Assembly (NCBI GenBank): GCA_963755715.1 | Contig: CAVWLW010000045.1 | Coordinates: 1 to 64,000 of the forward strand | Direction: 5' to 3' | DNA: 64,000 bases | Source of the DNA: an uncultured delta proteobacterium | GTDB taxonomy: Bacteria > Desulfobacterota > Binatia > UBA9968 | Shown: positions 8,306-21,263 of the stretch, piece by piece | Position numbering within the stretch: the stretch's first letter is position 1 | Layout: each line of letters begins with the position of its first letter | Position numbers and translations under genes: made by a program | Notes under the pieces: model-generated | Database searches by the model: none | Told to the model about the DNA's origin: nothing | The model's input: the letters and a program-made list of their open reading frames with translations, nothing else

Positions 8306-8494
8306 TTATTGTTTATCGGCTTTTTTGGCTCTGGGAGGCTTGGCTTCGAGTTTAGTGAGCGACGCACAGTGCAGACAAATAACTTTTGCTTTAGGTTTGG
8401 CATGCTCCATATATCCGGATTCGGGCCATTCAGGGCATGAAGGTTGATTGTGCCATTGCTGATGAATTCGGCCGGGAAGCTTCCGATACCTCAT
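8306..8494 (-). CDS. Small putative metal-binding protein
   Basis: 62 aa with pattern YR..WH...SC..WP...Y....ICLHC (one His, three Cys). Confidence 0.45.
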   Translation of the reverse strand: MRYRKLPGRIHQQWHNQPSCPEWPESGYMEHAKPKAKVICLHCASLTKLEAKPPRAKKADKQ

Positions 8495-9118
8495 GCCTTA
8501 ATTTTAGGGCGTTGTCGAAAAAACCCCAAGAGAAAATATGACGGTCGAAAGACAAAAAGGCTATTTCGCGGCGCTGGCGCGCGGAATGTGGTCGGTGATC
8601 TCGCTGCTGTGTCACGGGCGATAAAGTGACATCCGAGGTTCTAGACAATTTATCAGATATTCGACGAACCATTTACATCGGTATTTTTTCCGAAATACAA
8701 CGGAGGCCAAGCGTGTTTGCAGGCCAGGAGGCCGATGTAGATGGTACGTCAATGCTGTTGACCTAGCTATTATCTTATCAAAGTTGCCCAGCCGTCTTAG
8801 CCCACGATAACCATCCACTTTTTTCTATTTAAGCCAGTCGTTATCTGTTGGATTTGTTCCATAACCAGGCTTTTAATAATGTGTGACGATATCGAGCTTG
8901 TGCGATATTCATGTTAACCAAAAACGAGACCATGCGTCGTCCACCGTCTGCGAGATCGATTCAACTTGACAATTATCGTATAGTGCTGAACCGACACACC
9001 GTGTACCGCCTAATTTGCCGATGAAGATGGATATGGAGAACCGAATTTGATCGGCTTCTAAGGCGTATCGGGTATAGAGCTGAGACATGAGTGAGTCAAT
9101 TCAGGAAAGGCAAAATGC

Positions 9119-10522
9119 ATGGTTAACGGCGTGAGTGCTTCATTGCAGTTTCTCGGAGCTGCGGGCGGAGTTACGGGTTCGAAGTATCTGTTTTCTTATG
9201 GCGATCATCAAGTGTTGATCGACTGCGGATTGTTTCAAGGTTTAAAAGAGCTTCGACAAAGGAACTGGGCGTCGGTGCCGATTGATCTCGCGCGTTTGCG
9301 CGCGGTGATTCTCACTCATGCGCACATCGATCATTCCGGCTACCTGCCGCGGCTCGTGTCCAAAGGATACAAAGGGCCGGTGTTCGCGACGCCCGGCACC
9401 TGCGATCTTCTCGGTGTCATGCTTCCCGACGCCGCGCATCTCCAGGAAGAAGAGGCGCGCTACGCCAGACAAAAAGGTTACTCGAAGCATTCGCCTGCCT
9501 TGCCGCTCTATTCGGTTGAAGATGCCGAGCAGTCGCTGACGCTCTTGCGCCCACTTCGCGTGGGCCAATCTGTCGAGGTGATCAAAGGAGTTTCTTTGGA
9601 TTTTGGCCGGGTCGGCCATATTCTGGGCGCGGGCTCGGCACGTTTGTCTTTTGAGGTAAACGGTCAGAAAAAGACTTTGCTGGATTCGGGTGATCTCGGT
9701 CGTTATGACCGGCCGATCCTGAAAGATCCTGAGCCGGCGAGAAACGCCGATTGGCTACTCCTCGAATCGACCTACGGCAATCGCATGCACGCGAAGGACT
9801 CTGAAACCGAGCTGCGAAACTTGATCAAAGAAACCGTCGCGCGGCGCGGTTGCCTTCTCATCCCGGCTTTCGCCGTCGGCAGAACGCAAGATTTGATTTA
9901 CACGATCCGCAAGATGGAGGACGAAGGCGAAATCCCGGCGATCCCGGTGCACGTGGATAGTCCGATGGGATTGGAAGCGACGGAGATTTACTGCCGTCAC
10001 CCGGAAGAGCATGACTTCGAGATGCAACAATTGAGCAGCCAGGAGAATTGTCCGATCAGCTCGCGGCACATGGTGGTGCACAAATCTCCGGAGCAATCGA
10101 AATCGATCAATCAATCTAAAGGGCCGATGGTGATCATCTCGGCCAGCGGCATGGCGACGGGCGGGCGTGTTTTGCATCATCTTAAGCAGCGCTTGCCCAA
10201 TCTGGATACGACGGTGCTTTTTGCGGGCTATCAAGCGGAAGGAACGCGCGGCAGACTGCTCCAGGACGGCGCCAAAGAAGTCAAACTCCTCGGTGAGGTC
10301 GTGCCGGTGCGCGCCCAGATCAAAGTCATCGACGGTTTTTCCGCGCACGCGGATCAGGGCGAGATCTTACGCTGGCTCGGTACATTCAAGCAGGCGCCGC
10401 GCATGACTTACATCGTGCACGGTGAACCGCCGGCCGCCTCAGCATTGGCAGATTCGATTCGTGAACGGTTCAAGTGGAAGGTCGAAATCGCAAAATACCA
10501 GCAAAAAGTAGCGCTCGCGTGA
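9119..10522 (+). CDS. MBL-fold beta-CASP metallo-hydrolase (RNA-processing family)
   Basis: GAAGGVTGS, DCG, THAHIDHSG, GHILG, ESTYG, PAFAVGR, SASGM and FSAHAD motifs. Confidence 0.93.
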   Translation: MVNGVSASLQFLGAAGGVTGSKYLFSYGDHQVLIDCGLFQGLKELRQRNWASVPIDLARLRAVILTHAHIDHSGYLPRLVSKGYKGPVFATPGTCDLLGVMLPDAAHLQEEEARYARQKGYSKHSPALPLYSVEDAEQSLTLLRPLRVGQSVEVIKGVSLDFGRVGHILGAGSARLSFEVNGQKKTLLDSGDLGRYDRPILKDPEPARNADWLLLESTYGNRMHAKDSETELRNLIKETVARRGCLLIPAFAVGRTQDLIYTIRKMEDEGEIPAIPVHVDSPMGLEATEIYCRHPEEHDFEMQQLSSQENCPISSRHMVVHKSPEQSKSINQSKGPMVIISASGMATGGRVLHHLKQRLPNLDTTVLFAGYQAEGTRGRLLQDGAKEVKLLGEVVPVRAQIKVIDGFSAHADQGEILRWLGTFKQAPRMTYIVHGEPPAASALADSIRERFKWKVEIAKYQQKVALA

Positions 10523-10875
10523 AAGCCGCGGTAAATCAAATAAGCGATCCCGCTCATTCCCCAGCGAATAGAATGGCCGGTGCGGTAAGATCTTTCGGTG
10601 GAGTCAATTCAGCGGCGCGTGATGAAGAGCAACTCGAATCGAGAACGTCGAACTGACACCGCACCGCCCAAATAATCGGCAGCATTTGCCCAATAAATGA
10701 CATGAGACCCGGGCTGTACTTGTTGTTGGTCAAAACTAAAGCGACGGCCAATTGATTTTTTGCCGTTTGCCTGGGGATTTGCCATGTTTCCATTTTCTGC
10801 ACGAATAGAGTAATTACAGTTCAAACCGGTAAGGTCGTGGCCTGTTTTTTGCGCTACCGACCGTGGATGAACACG

Positions 10876-11979
10876 ATGCCAATATTAAAAGTCGAACATG
10901 TTTCAAAGATTTTCAAAGACGTTAAAGCTTTGGATGATATCAGCTTTGAATTTGACCACGGCATTATTTCTTTTCTGGGCCCGTCGGGCTGCGGCAAAAC
11001 TACCTTGTTAAGATCGATCGCCGGCCTTGAAGTTCCCGATGCCGGCTCTATTTCTATCGCCGATAAAGTGCAGACTTCGATCGAGGACGGTATTCTCGTG
11101 CCGCCGTATTCGCGCGAGATCGGCTTTGTCTTTCAGAACTATGCGCTTTGGCCGCACATGACCGTTTTCAAAAACGTCGCCTTTGGTCTCAAGCTGCGTA
11201 AAAAATCCGACGATGAGATCAAACGCAAAGTGATGGCCGCGCTGGATCTCGTCGGTTTGCAAGGCCGTGACCAGCGTTATCCTTCGCAATTGAGCGGTGG
11301 CCAGCAGCAGCGCGTCGCCTTGGCGCGCAGCCTAGCGCTCGAGCCGCGACTCATTCTTCTTGACGAGCCGCTCAGCAATCTCGACGCCAAGCTGCGCGAA
11401 GAAATGCGCGTGGAGCTCAAAAAACTTATCAAGAAGGTCGGCATCAGCGCACTCTATGTCACTCACGATCAGGACGAAGCTTTTACGATCTCCGACGCCG
11501 TCGTGGTGATGGACGGCGGAAAAATTCTTCAATACGGTACGCCGGACGATATCTATAATCGTCCGCTCCATCCGTTCGTGGCCGGATTCGTCGGCCACTC
11601 GATGCTTTTTGATGGCCGAGTCGTGCGCAGTGATAGCGACGGTTGCCTCGTGAACGTGCCGGATTTCAACGGCGCCGATCTGATATCGCCAGCGGCCCCG
11701 GCCGTGGCGGTGGGCGACGCCTGTAAAGTGGTCATTCGCACGACGGAACTTAAGCTCAGCCAAGAGGGATTTGCCGAGGGCGTCGATAACGTCCTCGAAG
11801 GACTGATGACCGGCCGTGAATATCGCGGCGGTTTGACCGACCACCGGGTGCAAATCGGCGCCAAGGAACTGATCGTGACCTCGCATAAACTCTGTCCGAT
11901 GATCCGCACCAACGGCGACGACGGCAAGACCTTCGTGTCGATCGACCGCTCCGCGATCACGGTGATCGTGACTCACTGA
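10876..11979 (+). CDS. ABC transporter ATP-binding protein (FbpC/PotA type)
   Basis: GPSGCGKT, LSGGQQQR, LLDEP, VTHD motifs; C-terminal TOBE-like region. Confidence 0.93.
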   Translation: MPILKVEHVSKIFKDVKALDDISFEFDHGIISFLGPSGCGKTTLLRSIAGLEVPDAGSISIADKVQTSIEDGILVPPYSREIGFVFQNYALWPHMTVFKNVAFGLKLRKKSDDEIKRKVMAALDLVGLQGRDQRYPSQLSGGQQQRVALARSLALEPRLILLDEPLSNLDAKLREEMRVELKKLIKKVGISALYVTHDQDEAFTISDAVVVMDGGKILQYGTPDDIYNRPLHPFVAGFVGHSMLFDGRVVRSDSDGCLVNVPDFNGADLISPAAPAVAVGDACKVVIRTTELKLSQEGFAEGVDNVLEGLMTGREYRGGLTDHRVQIGAKELIVTSHKLCPMIRTNGDDGKTFVSIDRSAITVIVTH

Positions 11980-12064
11980 TCTGCCAACGGATCGACGGCG
12001 CACTTCTCGCTAAATTAATTAGAGGAACGGAATTACGGCTACGATAAAGTCGATCAAAATTGCA

Positions 12065-13735
12065 TTGCGGCAGGGAACGCTCGTGCCGCTCGTTGCCAGC
12101 GCCATCGCGGGCGCGGCGATCATCACACCGGTCTTGGTCGTGATGTGGCGCAGCTTCACCACCGGTAAGTTAGGTTTCACCGTCGGTTTGAACCTCAACA
12201 ATTATCTGCGCGTATTTAACGATCGAGATCTCATGCCGATGCTCAGCAACTCGATCATTTACGCCGGAGGCGCGGCGCTCTTGGGCACCGGCTTGGGTGC
12301 CTTCCTCGCGTGGATCGTGGCGCGCACCAACACGCCGGGCAAGGGACTGGTGGAATTGATGCCGCTCTATCCGATCCTGATGCCGCCGATCATGAAAAAC
12401 ATCGCCTGGATTTTACTCCTGGCGCCGCGCTCCGGCATTCTCAACGGCATGCTACAGCAGTTTCTGGGTATCGACACGCTGGTCTTCAACGCTTTTAGCA
12501 TGGCCGGCATGATCTGGGTCTTCGGTCTCGCCTGTGTGCCGCTAGGTTATTTATTTTTACTTCCGGTGTTTCTGTCCTTCGACCCATCCCTCGAAGAAAG
12601 CGCCTATATCGCCGGCAGCAAGCCGGTCAGGACCATGTTCAAGATCACTTTTCCGCTGGCCCTTCCCGCCTTCACTTCGGCCCTGGTGCTTAATTTTCTG
12701 AGAGGGCTGCGCTCTTTCGAGACGCCGGTGTTGCAAGGAACGCCGGGCAACATCAAAGTGTTCGTCAGCCGGGTTTACGATTCCATGGCCCTGGAGTTCA
12801 ATACCGGCCTCGCGACGGCGTACAGCGTCGTGCTGGTGGTGATGTCGATCATCACTTTGTATTTTTATATTCGCGCGACGCGCTTTTCGGAGCGCTATGC
12901 AACGATCACGGGCAAAGGCTATCGGGTCAAAGTCATCGACATCGGCCCGTGGAAATATCTTACTTTCGCGGCAGTGCTGATCTATTTTCTGGCCGGAATC
13001 GTTATTCCTTTCATCGTCTTGATCGTCGTGTCGATGATTCCCTATTTTGACTACGATACTTTCATGCGGTTTCCCTTCAACGCCGTGCTGACGAACTATT
13101 ATACGGTATTTAGGCATCCAAGCTTCATGACCGGCCTGTATAACTCGCTCATTTTGTCGGTCACCATCGCCATCGTCACCGTGCTCACGGGGATTGTCAT
13201 GGCGTTTACGATTTACCGAACGAGAGCGGCGGGAACGAAAGTATTTGAGTTCATCGGCACGCTGCCCTTGGCCTTTCCGCCGTTGGTTCTGTCCGTTGGA
13301 TTGTTGATCATCTTTATCGGCACGCCGCTTTATAACAGCCTCTGGGCTTTAGGTTTGGGATTGTTTGTCGCTTATTTCCCGTACGCGTTTCGCAACGCGT
13401 CGGGCGCCATCGTCAACATTCACAAAGAGCTGGACGAGGCGGCCTGGGTGCACGGCGCGAGATGGCGCCATGTATTTTTCAAGATCACTTTGCCGATCCT
13501 CAAGCCGTCGGTGGGCGGAGCGCTGTTTTACATATTCATCGAGGCGATCCGCAACGTCGACGTCGCGGTGCTGCTCACGTCGCCGGGAAAAGAATATGGT
13601 CCGGTAACCCTGTTCGAGTATTTTCGCGTCGGCCAATGGGCCGAGGCCGCGGCCGGCGGGGTCATCTATTTAATTATCTTGATTGTTGCGGTTTCTGTGG
13701 CTAAGTTCGCCTTCAAGATGAAGTTCAGTCTGTGA
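12065..13735 (+). CDS. Fe3+/thiamine-type ABC transporter permease (double domain)
   Basis: About 12 TM helices with two EAA-like loops (LEESAYIAG, LDEAAWVHGA). The start may be an in-frame ATT at 12032. Confidence 0.92.
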   Translation: MRQGTLVPLVASAIAGAAIITPVLVVMWRSFTTGKLGFTVGLNLNNYLRVFNDRDLMPMLSNSIIYAGGAALLGTGLGAFLAWIVARTNTPGKGLVELMPLYPILMPPIMKNIAWILLLAPRSGILNGMLQQFLGIDTLVFNAFSMAGMIWVFGLACVPLGYLFLLPVFLSFDPSLEESAYIAGSKPVRTMFKITFPLALPAFTSALVLNFLRGLRSFETPVLQGTPGNIKVFVSRVYDSMALEFNTGLATAYSVVLVVMSIITLYFYIRATRFSERYATITGKGYRVKVIDIGPWKYLTFAAVLIYFLAGIVIPFIVLIVVSMIPYFDYDTFMRFPFNAVLTNYYTVFRHPSFMTGLYNSLILSVTIAIVTVLTGIVMAFTIYRTRAAGTKVFEFIGTLPLAFPPLVLSVGLLIIFIGTPLYNSLWALGLGLFVAYFPYAFRNASGAIVNIHKELDEAAWVHGARWRHVFFKITLPILKPSVGGALFYIFIEAIRNVDVAVLLTSPGKEYGPVTLFEYFRVGQWAEAAAGGVIYLIILIVAVSVAKFAFKMKFSL

Positions 13736-13774
13736 TCGAAACGGCATCGAGTTTTCAAAAAAGAGGAGGCAATT

Positions 13775-14935
13775 ATGGAGAGGAAGTCGAGGACGATGAT
13801 TGCGGTCGCATTATCCGCGAGCTTTTGGCTCGCCGGGGTGGCGTTGGCCGCCGAGAAGCCGCCGCTGAAGGACGCGGTCAAAGATCCGAAAGCGGCGGCG
13901 CAGAAAGTCATTCCCAAGCAGGTGACCAAGGCGGACAGCAGCGCCGCAGCCACGGCGGCGGCAGCGAAGGCTTTCGAGAAAGTGAGCGCCGAGCTTTATC
14001 CGAAGGCGAAGCAGGAAGGAAATCTGGTCGTTTATTCGGTATGGGATGTGGAGCATCTTAGGATCATCACCGAAGCATTCATGAAACGGTATCCCGGTAT
14101 CAAGGCCACCTACTGGCAGGGCCGAAACCCGGAGATCGTCACCCGCGCTTTGACTGAATTCCAAGGCGGCCAAGCGAGTTGGGACGTCGTGCTTTCGGAT
14201 AACGCGCCGCCAGTCATTCGCGCCGCGGGTGCGATCCAGAATTATGAAACGGTGCAGAAGGATGTCTTGTATTTGCACGATCCGACCATGCCGACCGTGA
14301 GCTTGCAGATCCAGGCGCTGGCTTACAACACGAAGAAGATCAAGCCGGCGGATTTGCCAAAGGGTTGGGAAGAAGTCGTGAACCCGAAATACAAGGGAAT
14401 GATCGCGCTCGATGATCCGATGCGGGCGGGGCCGCTCAGCTCGATGCTGTCGGGCTTGAAGACTCAATGGAACGACGATGCGCGCTTCAGCAAGTTCGTG
14501 AAGGGGCTGAAGGCGCTGGGCGTGCCGGTGCACCAGAGCACCAGCGCGATGTTCCGTCTAGTGATATCCGGCGAGTACGCGATCTGCATGCCGGCGCTGC
14601 TGCACGACGTGATGGAAGAGCTCCACAAGGGCACGCCGGTCAGTTATGTAAAAACCGTTCCGCCGGTCTTGTTTCCCCGCCAAGCAGGTATCTATGTGAA
14701 GGCGCCGGATCCCAATGCGTCGAAGCTATTTGCCGAATGGCTGATCTCTGAAGAGGGGCAGAAAACCATCGATTCGATCGGCCGCGAATCTTCGCGCAAT
14801 GATTTTAAATCAAAGACCTCGATAGAAGGGGCCTTCGGCAAAGGCACAAAACCCCTGCCGGTAACCGATAAAGCTTTTCTCGAAGATCCAAAAAAATGGC
14901 TGGACACCTATGTAAAACCGCTTTGGGAAGGGTAG
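13775..14935 (+). CDS. ABC transporter substrate-binding protein (AfuA/FbpA-like)
   Basis: Signal peptide, AKQEGNLVVYS, LAYNTK, APDPNASKLFAEWL; in an operon with the permease and ATPase. Confidence 0.9.
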   Translation: MERKSRTMIAVALSASFWLAGVALAAEKPPLKDAVKDPKAAAQKVIPKQVTKADSSAAATAAAAKAFEKVSAELYPKAKQEGNLVVYSVWDVEHLRIITEAFMKRYPGIKATYWQGRNPEIVTRALTEFQGGQASWDVVLSDNAPPVIRAAGAIQNYETVQKDVLYLHDPTMPTVSLQIQALAYNTKKIKPADLPKGWEEVVNPKYKGMIALDDPMRAGPLSSMLSGLKTQWNDDARFSKFVKGLKALGVPVHQSTSAMFRLVISGEYAICMPALLHDVMEELHKGTPVSYVKTVPPVLFPRQAGIYVKAPDPNASKLFAEWLISEEGQKTIDSIGRESSRNDFKSKTSIEGAFGKGTKPLPVTDKAFLEDPKKWLDTYVKPLWEG

Positions 14936-14958
14936 CCAGAGATTTCAATTTCCACATT

Positions 14959-15008
14959 GCCGGGGAAGGGGGCATGGCGACATGCTTCGCTTCCCCGGCC
15001 TTTTCTTA
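14959..15008 (+). terminator. Rho-independent terminator
   Basis: GCCGGGGAAG...CTTCCCCGGC stem followed by TTTTCTT after the SBP stop. Confidence 0.7.
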
Positions 15009-15191
15009 CTTGTTTTTTAGATTCCGCAATGTCACTTATGACGCCGTTCACTCGGTTATTGTAGAAAAGCGACAAGTCGTATGCTAATTTAACTCCACTC
15101 GCGCAAGCGATCCCCGATCGACGGCAATTTTATTCGTGTTTTTTGGCTTCGCCGATTCGATTTCGGGGAAAACGACTCATCAGACCGGCAC

Positions 15192-15282
15192 GGAGAGATG
15201 GCCGAGTGGTCTAAGGCGCACGCCTGCTAAGCGTGTGTACCCCAAAAGGGTACCGAGGGTTCAAATCCCTCTCTCTCCGCCA
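15192..15282 (+). tRNA. tRNA-Ser(GCT)
   Basis: GGAGAGA acceptor stem, anticodon loop CTGCTAA, long variable arm, GGTTCAAATCC T loop, encoded CCA. Confidence 0.97.
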
Positions 15283-15385
15283 TTCACTCCCGCAGCGCTA
15301 GTTCTCTTCTCGCAAAATCTTTCATGCGATCGCAGGATCGGCGCGTCGCGCGCCTAATCATATTAAAATAACTGGTGGATTAGGC

Positions 15386-16362
15386 TTAGGTTCGACGTCG
15401 CGCTCGCCGCTTCGCTTCCTGCGGAGCGAGAAAAACCAGCGCGCCGGGATGGACCTTGATATCGATGGCGGTCGATTGCACCACGGTACGTTCCTTTTTT
15501 TCCGGCCAAGGCGCATCATCGATATGAACCGAAGAGCATTCGCACTCGATCTGCAAATGTCGTGCACGCCGGACCCTTAGATTGGCGCGTGTTGCTTTGC
15601 TTTTGGAAAAATACGGCTTCAGCTTGCCTCGTTCGCTCGAGCCAACAAGGACGACATCGAGCAATCCGTCGTTGATATCGGCTCGCGGCACCAGGTCGAG
15701 ATTCGGCCCGACATATCGGACATTCATGGCTTCAAGCAAAACATAATCGCCGGACATCTCCTTGCCGTCGAGCCGAATCGTCATTTCCGTGGCTGGATGT
15801 TCTTTCAGCTGCTTTCTCAAAATCTTCAGCACGGTGCGCAGGACTGTCGGGGGATCGTCCGCGCCGGCCAGGTCAATGATTTTTGACCCGTCGAGCCGCG
15901 TCATGGTTTCGGCAAACAAGCCGACGCCGAAGCCTTCGACGAAGCTTTCTGTGCCCCACGGACCTTTGGCGACACCGGCGTCGAAGTTGATACAGCGCGC
16001 GGTTTTCCAGCTTCGGATAAGCTCCTTGAGCGATTTGCCGGTTACGTCTAGCGTATTGGCGATGTTGTTGGCCGTTCCCAGCGGCAAGATTGCGATCGGC
16101 GTGGGGCTGCCGATCAGGCGCCGGGCGACCTTGCCGACAGTTCCGTCGCCGCCCGCCACCGCGACGATATCACCGGGTTTCTTCAGCGCCTTCTTCCATT
16201 TTTTTTCTTTTGACGATTGATAATTGACCTTGTGTCCGGCCGCGCAAAGCAGTTCAACCAAATCGTCGCCTGAAGGTCGCGAACCGTCGCCCGCGGCCGG
16301 ATTATGGATGAGAGTGATTTTGATGTGCCATTCTCCTTGATTCAGCGGACGAGATTTTTGCA

Positions 16363-16363
<1 letters not shown>
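15386..16363 (-). CDS. Diacylglycerol/lipid kinase family protein
   Basis: HNPAAG, VAGGDGT, PLGTANN and DGLLDV motifs. True start probably near 16324. Confidence 0.9.
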
Positions 16364-18492
<2,129 letters not shown>

Positions 18493-18998
18493 TAAAATTC
18501 AGTTTAACTTATCTTTGCTACTGAACAATGGGTGCGGCGTTAACAGCGCTCGTTTGCCGGCGCGCGCTTCAAAAAAAGAAATCGCCGGCGATGCCGTTCG
18601 GATAACGTTTCATCACCACCCTGACCCGGTCCGCGAAGCGCGGTAGGACCAGCGGCGCAAGATCCTATCGAATTTCCCTGGAATTGTTTCGCAGGGTATT
18701 TCCTTACATGTACCTGAAACAACGTACATAGTTGCCGGTGAACTGATCACTGCTTTGCCCTGTAACCTCGAGCGATCGCCGCCGATTAAGTTCAAGAGCG
18801 CCAAAAATCTCGCGAAGCTCTTGAAATCAGACCGCCTTCCGCTATTTGGCGCTGATCGATTCAGCCCGAGGTTTTTAATTGTCATTAGAGGAGCGAAATT
18901 TGCTTCCCATGAAGGATGGGAGTTCCGGCGCGGCGCATGATTGTCGTCAACCTCATCCTGTGCGGGTCGCCGACACGCCTAATGTAAAGAAACCGGCC

Positions 18999-19986
18999 AT
19001 GAAACGAAAGTCGATTTGGCAACTGCTGAAGGACACCGTGGTGCAATGGATGGAGGACAAGCCCTTCCAGCTCGCGGCCGCGCTTTCGTACTACACGCTT
19101 TTTTCCCTGGCGCCGCTGTTGGTCATCGCTATCTCTATCGCTGGAATTGCATTCGGCCACGAGGCGGCACAAAACCAGATCGTGGAAACCCTGCAAGGCC
19201 TCGTCGGCCGAGACAGCGCCCAGGCAATCCAGGAAATTGTTCAAAACGCGAGCAGCAAGCCGGAGTCCGGGAGTCTTTTCGAGCGTCTTGGGAGTTCTCA
19301 TTTTGTTGGTCGGCGCCGGCGGCGTCGTTGGCCAACTCCAAACCTCTTTAAATACGATTTGGGGTGTGGCGCCGAAGGCTGGTCAAGGCATCTGGGGATT
19401 TGTCCGCCAGCGGTTTATATCGTTTGCGATGGTATTGGCGATTGGGTTTCTTCTCGTGGTCTCGCTTGCAGCAAGCGCGCTGTTGACGACATTCACGCAA
19501 TTCACGAGTGATTTGCTCGGCACGACGGCATTTCTCGCCCACGCCCTCGATCTGGTCATTTCATTTGTTTTTGTTACAGCGCTTTTTGCGATGATCTATA
19601 AATTTCTTCCCGACGTGCGCATCGAATGGCGCGACGTCATCGTCGGCGCGGCATTGACCTCTCTGCTTTTCACCGTCGGTAAGATCCTGATCGGCATTTA
19701 TCTCGGCACCAGCGGGGTGACTTCGACCTACGGCGCCGCGGGGTCTCTGATCACGGTTTTGCTCTGGGTCTATTATTCGTCGCTAATATTTTTCCTCGGC
19801 GCGGAATTTACCCAGGTCTACGCGCGCGAGTACGGCTCCGGGGTAGTGCCTGCGGAAAACGCTCAGCCGCTCGCGGTAGCCCAGGAAATCCAAGGTAGAG
19901 AGTCGCCGCCGCCGGAAGAGCGTTGTGTTGAACCGAATCCGCGGGACACGGCGAAAAAGCAGCAAAGCAGCGGCCAGCGCAGATAG
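18999..19986 (+). CDS. YihY/virulence factor BrkB family membrane protein (frameshift near 19270)
   Basis: LAAALSYYTLFSLAP in one frame; LQTSLNTIW, YKFLPD and YGAAGSLITVLLWVYYSS in the next. Confidence 0.9.
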
Positions 19987-20023
19987 AACTCAGAACAATT
20001 GCCGCAAAGTATTAATTTGCCAA

Positions 20024-21127
20024 TTACGCTACCGCGATGCGCGCTTTGGCTTCGTCTTTTTCAACTCTCGCTCTCAAGCGCGGATAAAAACGCAACGGGT
20101 TGTCCCAGAAGATTTTGCGCTTGAGCTCATCGCTCACATCTTGCCGGTTGATCAGGTTCGGAATGTCGTGGCTGAAGTCGCGCTGATCGCGCTCGTGCGG
20201 ATAGTCGGATGCCCAGATCAGCGCATTCTCGTTCGCCACCTGCGCGGCGAGCGGCAGGGCGGACTCTTCGACTTCGACGGCAAAGAAAATATTTCCTTTT
20301 TTGACATATTCGCTCGGCTTGAGCTTGCAGCGCGGCGAGTAGTGGCCTTTGCGCTCTTGCTCTTCGTCCATGCGATCCATCATGTAAGGCACCCAGCCGA
20401 CGCCGCACTCGATGCAGCCAAATTTAAAATTGGGGAACAGCTCGAATACGCCTTCGAACATCAGCGCGGTGAACTGGCGAATCTGCGCGAAGGGATGTTC
20501 GAGCGTGTGGCCGATGGTGAAATTGTTCACCATGTCCAGTCCGAGTGACGGCATGCTCAAGCCGCCGTGCGTCGAGACGGGCACGTCGAGCTTCTGTGCT
20601 TCTTCCCAGAGCGGATAGAATTCCGGGCCGCTGTAGAGGCGCCCAGCCGGCGCGACCGCGGGCAGCACGGCGCCGACCATACCCAGTTCGTTGACCGCGC
20701 GCCGTAGCTCTTTGACCGCTTCAGAAATATCCTGGATCGGCAGTAATGCTACGCCGACCAGTCGCGGGCTTACTTCCATGAATTTATGGTAGAGCCAGTC
20801 ATTGTAGGCGCGCGCCATGCAGACCGCCCAGTCTTTGTCCTGAATCGCGCCGTGGGTCAAACCTTGCGTCGGATACAGAACGGTCAGTTCAATCTTGTTG
20901 ATATCGAGGAAATTCAACCAGTCCTTCGCATGCGGCCCGGTGCCACCGCCCGCCCAACCGCCCGGCTTGCGCAGCGAACGCAGGAAACCGTCCATCGTGA
21001 GTCCAGGCCAGAAGGAATAACTCTGGTGCCATTCCAAATCTTTGTACGGTGGGCCAATGAATTCGCGCAGCTCGCTGTCGAGTTCCATCACGTGTCCGTC
21101 GGCGTCGATGATTCGGTAGTCAGCCAT
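20024..21127 (-). CDS. Amidohydrolase_2 family protein
   Basis: IIDADGH, RAYNDW, ASDYPH motifs. Confidence 0.9.
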   Translation of the reverse strand: MADYRIIDADGHVMELDSELREFIGPPYKDLEWHQSYSFWPGLTMDGFLRSLRKPGGWAGGGTGPHAKDWLNFLDINKIELTVLYPTQGLTHGAIQDKDWAVCMARAYNDWLYHKFMEVSPRLVGVALLPIQDISEAVKELRRAVNELGMVGAVLPAVAPAGRLYSGPEFYPLWEEAQKLDVPVSTHGGLSMPSLGLDMVNNFTIGHTLEHPFAQIRQFTALMFEGVFELFPNFKFGCIECGVGWVPYMMDRMDEEQERKGHYSPRCKLKPSEYVKKGNIFFAVEVEESALPLAAQVANENALIWASDYPHERDQRDFSHDIPNLINRQDVSDELKRKIFWDNPLRFYPRLRARVEKDEAKARIAVA

Positions 21128-21170
21128 GCCTGCCTCCTGCGGATTTTGAGTTTAGCACCCTGAAGCATTT

Positions 21171-21254
21171 TGTCATTTCGAGCGCAGCGAGAAATCCTTC
21201 TCAGCATACAAGCTTGAAGAAGGATTTCTCGTCGCTATGCTCCTCGAAATGACA
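21171..21254. repeat. Intergenic palindromic element TGTCAT...ATGACA (copy 1)
   Basis: TGTCATTTCGAG/CTCGAAATGACA termini and an inner GAGAAATCCTTC/GAAGGATTTCTC stem. Confidence 0.8.
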
Positions 21255-21263
21255 AATTAGAAA

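Noticed and set aside
10523-10875. Riboswitch upstream of the ABC operon
   Set aside because: GGCAAA-like words are present, but I could not build a c-di-GMP, TPP or cobalamin aptamer by eye.
15192-15386. Island integrated at tRNA-Ser
   Set aside because: No integrase beside it, and I saw no duplicate of its 3' end in the window.
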